Shown: positions 53,330 through 64,000 of the stretch, piece by piece
How positions within the stretch are numbered: position 1 is the stretch's first letter
Layout of the letters: every line of letters starts with the position of its first letter
Assembly: GCA_951406725.2 (NCBI GenBank)
Contig: OX597819.1
Coordinates: 91,326,001-91,390,000 of the forward strand
Direction of reading: 5' to 3'
Source: Octopus vulgaris
Lineage: Eukaryota
DNA: 64,000 nucleotides
The notes under the pieces: generated by a model
The model's database searches: none
What the model saw: the letters and a program-made list of their open reading frames with translations, nothing else
Told to the model about the DNA's origin: nothing
Program-made: the position numbers and the translations under genes

Positions 53330-53830
53330 GCAAGGCTAGTGCTTCTCACATCTGTCCATTTAAAATATGAAAAGATTCTTCTTTGTGTGCCCTGCCTACA
53401 TGTCCCGGCAAACATGTCCTCTATTCATCACATATATGACTTAGGAAGCTATTGGATTGGTTTCTCTGTAACCACCTAGCAAGTTCATCAAATATCTTCT
53501 CTCACCTACTATCTTCATCTCAAGGCTTTGACCTCTCATATGATGTCCACTGAACATATTCTGTTGCCTCCTTATGCTGTTACAAAAATTTCGAATGATT
53601 TCTGCTCATCAAAGGCTTTTGACATTTCTTATTCTATTCATACCGGATATCTTCAGCATTCAACATTTATTTCAAAGAACCACATCTCCATAGCATTGAT
53701 AGGTTTTTACATAAGTTTACAGATGTTCAAGGTCACACAGACATATACAAAGATTTGTATGTGTACACCTAAGACTGATTTCGTCACTCTTATTGAGAGC
53801 TCTTTTATGATTAAATTCTACTGATACTCC
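53330..53830 (-). pseudogene. Old RTE/BovB-like ORF2 C-terminal fragment
   Basis: AMEMWFF..LKISGMNRIRN resembles AFEMWCxRRMLKISWxDRxxN. Confidence 0.45.
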
Positions 53831-54036
53831 AAAAAATTAAAATAGATATGATAGGTATATGCATGGCAGTATTTTTAAGAAATTCGTTTCTCAACCTTGT
53901 GGTTTGAGGTTCAGTCCCTCCATGTAGTACCTAGGAAACATGTCATCTACTATAACACTGATCTGACCAAAGGCCTTGCAAGGGGGTCTGGTCGATGGAA
54001 ACTGAAAGAAGCTCATTATATATATATGCATATATG

Positions 54037-54140
<104 letters not shown>

Positions 54141-54159
54141 ATGTATGTATGTATATATG

Positions 54160-54215
<56 letters not shown>

Positions 54216-54243
54216 TATATATGTGTGTGTGTGTGTTTTGTAT

Positions 54244-55345
54244 ATCATCATCATCATCATCATTTAACGTCCGTTTTCCATACTGGCATGGATTGAACTA
54301 TTTGACTAGAGTCTGGGAAGCTAGAAGGCTGCACCAGGCTCCAGTTTGATCTGGCAGTGTTTCTATACCTTGATGCCCTTCCTAACACAAACCACTCCAA
54401 GAGTGTAGTGGGTGCTTTTTACGTGCCATTGGCACAGGGACCACAACTACAGTTTCCATTTGTCATTTGATTTGATTTAATTTTGATTTTGATGCGCTTA
54501 ACTCAATAGGTCTCCTCAATCATGGCATGTCGTCCTATGATCCAGAGGTATTTTTGAGTGGGCTGGTTATGCAAAACTGGTGTAAGTTATAGCTGTGATC
54601 TCACTTTATTTGCCAGGTCTTCTTAGAACAGCATATCTCCAGAGGTCTCGGTCTTTTGTCATTGCCTCTGTGAAGCCCACCATTTGAAGGTCATGCCTCA
54701 CACCTCATCCCATGTCTTTCTGGGTCTCTCTCTAATCCGGATTCCTTCCACTGTTTGGGAGTGGCACTTTACACACAGCTCTCCTCATCCATCGGTAGTA
54801 CATGACCATACCAATGCAAATGTCTCTCTTGCACACCACATCTGATGCTTTTTATGTCCAACATTTATCTCAGGGTGCTTACATTCTGTCTTGTGTGCAC
54901 ACTGACATTACACATCCAGCGGATCATGCTAGCTTCATTTCTTTCGAGCCTATGCATTTCTTCAGCAGTCTCACCCCATGTTTCGCTGCTGTGAAGCATG
55001 GCTGTTCGCACATATACATCGTACAATCTACCTTTCACTCTGAGTGAGAGGCCCTTTGTCCCCTGTATGGGTAGAAGCTGTCTGAACTTCACCCAGCCAA
55101 TTAATATTCTAGTGGTAACACTCTCTAAGCATCCACCCCCACTACAAACTTGGTCACCTAGGTAGTGGAAGCTATCAACTACTTCTTGTTTTTCCCCCTG
55201 GAGTGTGATGGAATCTGTTTTCTGAGCATCTGTGGTGTTTATTGCCCCTGTGCATCTGCTGCACATGAAAGCTAATCTTCCTTTAATGTTGTTGCATCTC
55301 TTATGTGTCCATAGCTTACTCTGGGTATATCTTAGGGAGTTTCTA
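54244..55345 (-). mobile_element. 5'-truncated RTE-clade LINE (ORF2 C-terminus, 3' UTR, (GAT)n tail)
   Basis: ORF 54865-55266 EVVDSFHYLGD..KGRLYDVYVRTAMLHSSETW..RLERNEASMIRWMC, followed by WYGHV and RPRKTW. Confidence 0.9.
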
Positions 55346-55369
55346 CCTACACCTTTATATATATACCAA

Positions 55370-55905
55370 CCAATCGTGGCCGTTTGCTAGACTCCTCTTC
55401 CCCCTGTGCTGGTGGTACGTAAAAAACACCCACTACACTCACAGAGTGGATGATGTTAGGAAGGGCATCCAGCTGTAGAAACACTGCCAAACCAGACTTG
55501 AGCCTGGTGCAGCCTCCATGGCTTACCAGACCCTGGTCGAACCGTCCAACCCATGCTAGCATGGAAAACGGACGTTAAATGATGATGATGATGATATATA
55601 TATATCATCATCATCGTTTAGCGTCCGCTTTCCATGCTCGCATGGATTGGACGGTTTGACCAGGTCTGGGAAGCCAGGAGGCTGCACCAGGCTCCAGTCT
55701 GATCTGGCAGTGTTTCTACAGCTGGATGCCCTTCCTAACGCCAACCACTCCGTGAATGTAGTGGGTGCTTTTTACGTGCCACTGGCACAGGTGCCAGACG
55801 AGGCTGGCAAATGACCATGATCGGATGGTGCTTTTTACGTGCCACCGGCACGGGGGCCAGGCGAGGCTGGCAACGGCCACGAACAGATGGTGTTTTTTAC
55901 CATCC
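55370..55905. repeat. Tail-to-tail inverted pair of RTE-tail elements
   Basis: ~55370-55595 (+) is the reverse complement of ~55605-55820, separated by a short (TA)n. Confidence 0.9.
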
Positions 55906-55906
55906 G

Positions 55907-55961
<55 letters not shown>

Positions 55962-56630
55962 ATGTATGTATATATGCATATGTATATGTATATATGTATA
56001 TGTATCTATATATATGTATATATGTGTATATGTGTGTGTGTGTTTGTGCATGGGAGTGTTTGTGTTTCCTAGTCTTGGCATTGTGCAGTTGTTGTAAAAG
56101 AGTGTCACTATAATTCAAGCTGTGTCATTCATTTCCAGTCTTCCATAAAAACATGTCTGGCCTTAGGGAAATATTATTCTACTCGGTAACAAATAAGGTT
56201 TGGTGACAGGAAGGGCATCCAGTTGTAGAAAATCTATCTCAATGCGTTTCCTCTAACCCATGCAAGCATTGGGTGAGTGGGCAGCAGAATGAAGTTGATG
56301 ATGACGATGACAATGGTAATGGTGATGATAATGATAGTAATGATGATCATGGTGATGATGATGATAATGGTGGTGGTAGTGGTGATGATGATGACAACAA
56401 CGACAATGATAACGATGATGATGAAGTTGAGGATGATGATGACGATGATGATGTTGACCAATGATAATGATCTAATGGGGCAATCCTACTAATATCCTTT
56501 TTCGAAGGACTGTATACATATGGGAGTGTATAATTTTACATGGAAATGTGCTTCCTCTTAAAAAATATTTTATTTTATTTTTATGTCTCTGCATTTTGCC
56601 TGATTCAGACTTAATGTCATTGACCACTGA

Positions 56631-56705
<75 letters not shown>

Positions 56706-57019
56706 ACACACATATATATTTATATATATATATGTATATATATAGAATACATAGATCCAGCTTTTCATGTGAACGCACAATCCCCTTAGCATCATTTTTC
56801 AAATGCTATCTATTCCCATTGATCATCCATTGACTACTGGAAATGTTTTCCGTCTAACATAGAATCAGAAATGGAAAATAAATCTAATTTCATTATATCC
56901 TTATACACTGTGCATTAGAATGGCACATCTTTCAATCTCTCAAGGTTTACATCCATTCATCCATCCATCAATTCATCCATCCATCCATCCATCCATCCAT
57001 CCATACATACATACATACA

Positions 57020-57048
<29 letters not shown>

Positions 57049-57050
<2 letters not shown>

Positions 57051-57950
57051 TGGGTCATTTCATAAATAACATGGTTTTTTTCAAATCCATGAACTGAAAG
57101 TCAGAGGGGGAAAGGATAAACTACCTGCATCAGCTTGCTATAAAGGCAGGTAGTAATTTTACCTGGTACTTATTCTTAGTGCAAGTTTTAAAGAGCACTG
57201 TTCGATTTTAACAGTTATTTTTTCAAAGCTATAATGGATGTGACAAAGGAGCATATTCGGCATATTTTGCTTTATGTGATCATAAAACCAACAACACAAC
57301 AGAAAGTGTGAGTACAATCCCAGAAAGTTAATGAGATCAATTGCAAAAGATCTCCATGTGTCAGAAGGAACAGCCAGAAATGTTGTCCACAAAGACATCA
57401 TTTATAAGTTTTATATGATGAGAAAGGGTCAATTTGTTAGAAAAAGTAAAGAAAATCACTATAACAGATCTAAAAGGTTTTTAAAGAAACTGAAAAATTT
57501 AGCAGATTTCACTTGGTTTTTCTTAAACGAGGAAAACTTTCACCAAGATCAAAATATCAGCAGGAGAAATGACAGATGGTTATGTGCAGACCCTTCTGAA
57601 GTTCCAAGTGTTGTGCATACAAAATTTTCCTGCAACTGTCATGGTTTTAGGTGTTGTCAGCAATGAAGGACATGTGATGCCTCCTTACTTCTTTCCACAA
57701 GGCCTTAGAGTCAACTCTGCCGCCTACATTGAGGTCCTGGAAACAATTGTTAAACCCTTGTTAAACTGTATGCAATGGAAGGCCACATGTGTTTCAGTAA
57801 CACTCTGCATTGTCACACATGGCTCCAGTAACACAGGAATGGATGGCTGAAAATTTTCATGATCACATAGCTCTTAGCATTTGGCCTGCTAATTCCCCAG
57901 ATTTCAATCCATTGGACTATTACATGTGGAGCATTGTTAAGAGAGAAGAT
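57049..57950 (+). mobile_element. Decayed Tc1/mariner transposase, maT/DD37D-like
   Basis: MRSIAKDLHVSEGTARNVVH HTH; FPATVMVLGVVSNEGHVMPPYFFPQGLRVN; WPANSPDFNPLDYYMW; frameshifted. Confidence 0.88.
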
Positions 57951-58015
57951 ATATTGTGAAGGATATATCATAAACAATTAATAATTGTGATTTATTCATA
58001 ATTATAAACACTCTT

Positions 58016-58016
<1 letters not shown>

Positions 58017-58064
<48 letters not shown>

Positions 58065-58130
58065 TATACACATATATATATACATATATATACATATATA
58101 TATACATACATATACATACATATCTATACA

Positions 58131-58165
<35 letters not shown>

Positions 58166-58174
58166 CTATGTATA

Positions 58175-58221
<47 letters not shown>

Positions 58222-58297
58222 GTATATATATATATGTATATATATATGTATATATATATGTATATATATATGTATATGTATATATATATGTATATGT

Positions 58298-58364
<67 letters not shown>

Positions 58365-58425
58365 ATATATATACATGTATGTTATGTATGTATGTATGTA
58401 TGTATGTATGTATATATGTATATGT
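58017..58425. repeat. (TA)n/(TATG)n microsatellite complex
   Basis: Direct reading. Confidence 0.97.
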
Positions 58426-58674
58426 ATCCTGTTATTCTGCACTGGCTACAAGACACTGGTATCTATCAGAAAATCACTGTTGCTATGACTGAAATCGTAT
58501 AATTTACTGATTCCCAATTAATGAAATGGTGTTTTCTTGCCTATGCTCCAGTGATCCTATTTCATGAATACAATTGTATTTGTGTCAGAGTCATATAAAT
58601 ATCAAATACATAGATAAAGACATACGTGGGCGTGTTTGAATGTGTTTGTTTGTTTGAATATGTATGTATATATG

Positions 58675-58728
<54 letters not shown>

Positions 58729-59275
58729 TGTGTGTGTATGGAATTTTGTCAGAGAACAGGTTGAGGTTTCAAAGCGACAAAAATACCTTGACACAAATTA
58801 AATTTAAATGTTGAAGTGAATCTAACAGTTTTTGTGTGTTTTTTAAATGGCTTATAAACACCTGCAATGCTGCAATTGTATATATATTCTTTTATTCTTT
58901 TACTTGTTTCAGTCATTTGACTGTGGCCATGCTGGAGCACTGCCTTTTATTTGTACAAATTGACCATAGGAGTTCATCTTTGCAAACCTGGTGCTTATTC
59001 TATTGATCACTTCTGTTGAACTGCTAAGTGACAGGAACATAAACACACCTACATCAGTTGTTAAGCGATGGTAGTGGTGCCAAACACAGACACAAGCACA
59101 CACACATAAATATATACATATGTATATATATATATATATATGAGTTCAGTAAAAATTTAGATTCAGATGAATACGGTACTTAAGTTGAGGCACCAGAATT
59201 TAGTACGGTATTATCCATACAATTTCAAAGTATGGTGATTAAAATCAAAATAAGCAACAAGGCTATCCAGAGGTA

Positions 59276-59403
59276 ATGCAGTACGATTGTTTCATGCGAC
59301 TCCATTTAATTGAACAATGCAATCATTACATCAATTTAAAACATGCAGCTGAAGATTGCTCTACATTTTAAATTGATGTAATGATTGCATTGTTCAATTA
59401 AAT
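59276..59403. ncRNA. Hammerhead ribozyme split by an inversion with a 38-bp duplicated loop
   Basis: Plus strand AUGCAG-CUGAAGA (59343-59355); minus strand GAAA-C aauc G-UA-CUGCAU (59293-59276); perfect IR 59304-59341 / 59366-59403. Confidence 0.75.
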
Positions 59404-59722
59404 CGCTTGACAACTGGTGTTGGGGTGTTTATGTTCCTATAACTTAATGGTTCAAGAAAAGAGATTGATAGAATTAGTACCAGGCTTTAAAAAAATATGT
59501 ACAGAGTTCAATTTAAGTAAAAGATAATATATATAATATATGTATATATATTATCTTTTACTTGCTCCAGTCATTAGGTGGCACCACCTTGAAGAACTTT
59601 TAGTCAGATAAATTGAACTCTGTACATATTTTATTAAAGCCTGGTACTAATTCTATCAATCTCCTTTCTTGAACCACTAAGTTATGGGAACATAAACACA
59701 CCAACACCAGTTGTCAAGCGAT
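59402..59722. repeat. Inverted duplication of a SINE tail
   Basis: 59402-59515 is nearly identical to the reverse complement of 59609-59722. Confidence 0.88.
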
Positions 59723-59762
59723 GGTGACAGACAAACACAGACAAAAAGACACACACTTACAT

Positions 59763-59841
<79 letters not shown>

Positions 59842-60963
59842 AATTATAAATGGCAATTTCTTTCTGTCTGTCTGTTACCATCATAGTGCCTAAACCACTA
59901 AACAACCAAATGAAACTTTGCATACATGCTACAGTTCAATTATAGGCTAAATGGGAAAATTATATGACAAAATGAGAAGGTTGCAAATGAGAAGGTTGCA
60001 AAAAGTACAAGTCTAAGGGAAAGGTAGTAGCAGAGAGTGGGTGACTTATATCAGTGAAGGTGAGAACAGCAGTAAGAATGGGATGATAACGTTAATTCAG
60101 CTATCATATACATATGACGCTGCATACATACTTTTGTAAATACATATACATATATAACACACACATAGAAGGTGGTTGTGAGGAATAAATAGCTTTAAGT
60201 AGGGATAAGGTACATGGCTTTTCTGCTGTCAACCTCAAAGAAACACTCACACACAGACACATACACATACATACATACATACATATATATACATATGTAC
60301 ATACATACATACATACATATGTCTACTATACACCATTTTAAAATCGTGATTACCTGTGTGTACATTTGTAAATGTGTGTGTGAGTGTGTGTGATGTCCTA
60401 TAACTTTCTCTCTCTCTTCTTTTGTTGGGTATTCCCTGTTGCTGTCACATATTATGATATTCTAAAATTACGTCAAAATTTTCAAATTTGGTATATTGAA
60501 ATAATTCTATACATTAAATCTGATTTTGTCATTTATTTGTTCCAGAAAAATTGCAGAAAAATGTTACTGCGGTTTAAAATTTAATCGATTTTACCTAATC
60601 AGAAAACAGAATTTGGAAGCTGGCATTTTCTGCATGATAGCTGTCTATCACGAAATGAAAGCACAATCATTAGGAGGAGGAGTTTTTTATTAAACAAAAG
60701 CAAAGCATTACAATGACCAAAGTTGTATGAACTTCTGAAGTTTTAATGAATAAAGTCATGTGAAACAGTCAAACAGACATGTAAATAATTTGAAAAGATA
60801 AAAATTCCTCAACAAAGATTTTGGCGAAAAATTGCACAAATCTGTCCTAATCAACGGGCCTATCTGTTGAGGAAGGCATGCTCTGACATGGAATGAATAA
60901 AAATTTATATAAGACATTTTATTGTAAAAATTGCCTGGCAATGACGGGCTATTCAGCGAGTAT

Positions 60964-61520
60964 ATCATCATCATCATTTAATGTCCGCTTTCCATGCTAG
61001 CATGGGTTGGACGATTTGACTGAGGTCTGGCAAACCAGACTCCAATCTGATCTGGCAGAGTTTCTACAGCTGGATGCCCTTCCTAACGCCAACCACTCCG
61101 AGAGTGTAGTGGGTGCTTTTACATGTCACCGGTATGAGGGCTAGTTTGGTGGTACTGGCAACGGCCACGCCCAAATGGTGCTTTTTACGTGCCACCTGCA
61201 CAGGAGCCAGTCCAGCGGCACTGGCGACGACCTCACTTGAATATTTCACATGCCACCGGCACAAGTGCTAGTAAGGCGACACGGTAACGATCACACTTGA
61301 ATGGTGTGCTTAACGTGCCATCGGCACGAAGGCCAGCTTGTTGCTCTGGCAACGATCTCACTCGTATGGTACTCTTAGCGCTCCACTAGCAACGGATGCC
61401 AGTCACCGAATTTGATTTCGACTTCGATTTCACTTGCCTCAACTGGTCTTCCCAAGCAGAGTTTAGTGTCCAATGAAGAAAAGGCACGCACAAGTGGACT
61501 GGTTACACCCCTAGCATAGG
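60964..61520 (-). mobile_element. RTE 3' UTR/tail element with internal ~65-bp repeats
   Basis: Matches 54244-54600; gtgcttttacgtgccacc repeated. Confidence 0.85.
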
Positions 61521-61564
61521 GGTGTATATATATATATGTATGTATATATATATATATGTATAAA

Positions 61565-62104
61565 ACTTATATATAAAATGTACAAAAGGGAACAAGAACG
61601 CAAACTACACAAAGAGACGACACAAAAAAACAGACAGGTCATTCAAAGCCTCTAATCTTCAGTCAGGAACCGGATCATCTTAGCAATTTTGGCTGATTAA
61701 TCTTGATATCGCTCCGATCCAGCCAACCCCAAGGAAAAACTAAGCTCCGAGCATTAGATTTCTTGGAAAAAGGATCGAATGTATACGAAACAAAGACAGA
61801 AAACTGGACGATGCCACACGAATATAAATACAAGAAACAAAAAATAAAAATAAAAAACAAGAATAGTAATAACAGGACAGCGGGAGTCTTACGACTTCAG
61901 ATAATTTAACTTATCTTGGCTGGCGTATTTTGAAAAAATGCCTTTGCGGCAGACGGAGACAACAGTGTTAACATGGCAGCGGTCAAAGGCGAAAAGACCA
62001 GTTGAACAGCAGTCACATGACAGGAGGGAAGAAGAGAGAGAAAAAAAGGTTGGGGGCAAGGAATCAAAGAGAGAGAGAAAGAAAGGGACAACAATGGTGC
62101 AAAG

Positions 62105-62105
<1 letters not shown>
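61565..62105. mobile_element. Unclassified dispersed element in (TA)n
   Basis: Homolog of 11140-11830. Confidence 0.7.
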
Positions 62106-62139
<34 letters not shown>

Positions 62140-62145
<6 letters not shown>

Positions 62146-62326
62146 ATTCTATATTTAAGAGATGAGGAATTATGTACACTATTTACATTTGATGGATATT
62201 TGCCCTCATCTGGTTTGCTGTTAACACAACGTTTCAGCTGATATACCCTCCAGCATTCATCAGGTGTCTTGGGGAAATTTTGAACCTGAGTTGTCATTCC
62301 TAAGGTATTTTTTGATGTTGTTGTTA

Positions 62327-62373
<47 letters not shown>

Positions 62374-62520
62374 CGAACTCAGAAACTTGGGGTTAGTAGC
62401 TCGCGCTCTTAACCACTATGCCCATGGGCATATGGCATAGTGGTTAAGAGTGCAGGCTACTAACCCCAAGATTTCAAGTCCAATTCCAGGCAGTGACCTG
62501 AATAATAATAATAAAAATAA
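62140..62520 (-). mobile_element. tRNA-headed SINE-like element carrying an HHR, with a head-to-head inverted second head
   Basis: Minus strand: A box ggcatagtggttaag, B box gagttcgatt, (AAT)n, then HHR; a plus-strand copy of the head at 62426-62520. Confidence 0.75.
62223..62268 (-). ncRNA. Minimal type I hammerhead ribozyme
   Basis: GACAC-CUGAUGA-au GCUG gaggguauau CAGC u-GAAA-CG-UU-GUGUU; palindrome AACGUU. Confidence 0.7.
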
Positions 62521-62667
62521 CATGTCTGGCCATGGGGAAATGTTACCTTGCTTGGAAACAGGTGATGGTTGGCTATACGAAAGGCATCTGGCTGTCGAAA
62601 ATGTGCTTCAAGACACTGCATCTGACCCATGCAAGCATGGTAAAATAGACATTAAAATGAGCATGAT

Positions 62668-63072
62668 ACAGATGTGGCTGTGTGGTAAGAAGCTTGCTTC
62701 CCAACCACATGGTTCCGGGTTCACACCCACTAAGTGGTACTTTGGGCAAGTGTCTTCTACTATAGCCTAAGGCCAACTAAAGCCTTATGAATGGATTTGG
62801 TAGATGGAAACTGAAGGAAGCCTGACGTGTCTATCTATATATGTATATATTTATGTGTGTGTGTGTGTGTTTGTCCTCCCATCATCATTTAACAACCAGT
62901 GCTGGTGTTTTTATGTTAGCGTAACTTAGTAGTTCAGCAAAAGAGACCAATAGAATAAGTACTTGGCTTACAAAGAATAACTCCTCCTGGGGTCAATTTC
63001 TTTGACTAAAAACCCTTTAAGGCAGTGCTCCAATATGGCTGCAGTCAAATAACTGAAACAATAAAAGAATGA
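62668..63072 (+). mobile_element. CORE-like SINE, full length
   Basis: Head, core, (TG)n and tail all present. Confidence 0.88.
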
Positions 63073-63679
63073 AAGAATATATTAAATAGATGGATGGATG
63101 ACAGACAGACAAACACATAGATAGAGATAGATAGACAAATAAATAGAGAGAAAGAGAAAAAGAGAGAGATAAAGATAGATATACAGAAATATACCATGCC
63201 AGCATGAGACATAAATGTTTGATGATGATGATGATGATCATGATGATGATATATGAGTGTGTATGCAAACATATATAGACATACATAACACACAGACAGA
63301 CAGACAAACAGACAGACACACACACACACACTTACATATATATGTATACATAATTGTGACTTTTGGGATTAATAATTTCCAAGTTATATTCAATGTAGTG
63401 TAGGAAGAAAGAACAATATACTAAATATTAAATTACATATGTGGAAGTCTAATAAATTTGTTCCTACATTCCAGACTAGCAGTACCTATGCCATTTTATC
63501 TATATACTTAATGTCAATGACATAAATTACTTCAAACAGCCACCAAGTTAGGGAGCCTATATGTGTGATCACTCACTCTGCTAGAAATACCAACCAGCTC
63601 TCCCTCGTATTATACTGTTCTGTTTTATATAAGTGCTAAGTACTTTAGTTTGTGTAGTCCTATGGCCTGGCTCTTCGTT

Positions 63680-63998
63680 GGTTATGATGACAAGGGTTCC
63701 ACTTGATCTGATCAATGGAACAGCCCACTCATGAAATTAAAATGTAAGTGGCTGAATAATCCACAGACTCATGTACCCCTATCATAGTTAGGAGATCTCA
63801 GGGAGATTTAGTGTGACACGGAATGTGATAAGGCTGACCTTTTGAATTACAGGTGCCACTCATTTTTGTCAGCTGAGTGAACTGGAGCATTGGGAAATAA
63901 AGTGTCTTGCTCAAGGACACAATACATCATTGGGAATTGAACTCACGACCTTACAGTCATGAGACAAATACCCTTATCACTTACCCACATACCTTCAT
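63680..63998 (-). mobile_element. tRNA-derived SINE (second family)
   Basis: Reverse complement matches 8648-8965. Confidence 0.8.
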
Positions 63999-64000
63999 GT

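Noticed and set aside
58742-58880. Another possible HHR-like element in a microsatellite
   Set aside because: Only tgtca/tgaca pairing; core reads CAGAGAA and AAAA, too degenerate to support
62426-62498. tRNA gene (likewise the heads near 8650, 22790, 41240-41310 and 47066)
   Set aside because: Acceptor and T stems do not close well and each continues into a repeat body; these are SINE heads

Overview
AT-rich, repeat-saturated eukaryotic DNA. The SINE families and microsatellite load look like a coleoid cephalopod (Octopus-like); this is pattern recognition, not a database hit. No intact protein-coding gene is supported, and nearly all listed ORFs are microsatellite or repeat artefacts. The window contains: a decayed Ty3/gypsy element (minus strand, ~23.5-28.2 kb; gag, RT, RNase H, integrase and a tRNA-Leu-type PBS); two maT/DD37D-like Tc1/mariner remnants; RTE LINE fragments; a hAT transposase fragment; several MITEs with TIRs and TSDs; dozens of tRNA-derived SINEs; and a satellite built from a SINE tail. 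The main unexpected signal is nine type I hammerhead ribozyme (HHR) loci in about seven sequence-unrelated short elements. Most have the minimal or palindromic stem III known from Penelope-like elements, most sit in or next to (TA)n tracts, and most are coupled to fold-back inversions. They include a 530-nt tandem retrozyme-like unit, a tRNA-headed SINE-like element carrying an HHR, a CUGUNGA core variant seen twice, and two HHRs broken by inversions inside the ribozyme. All folds were derived by eye and none has been tested for activity.
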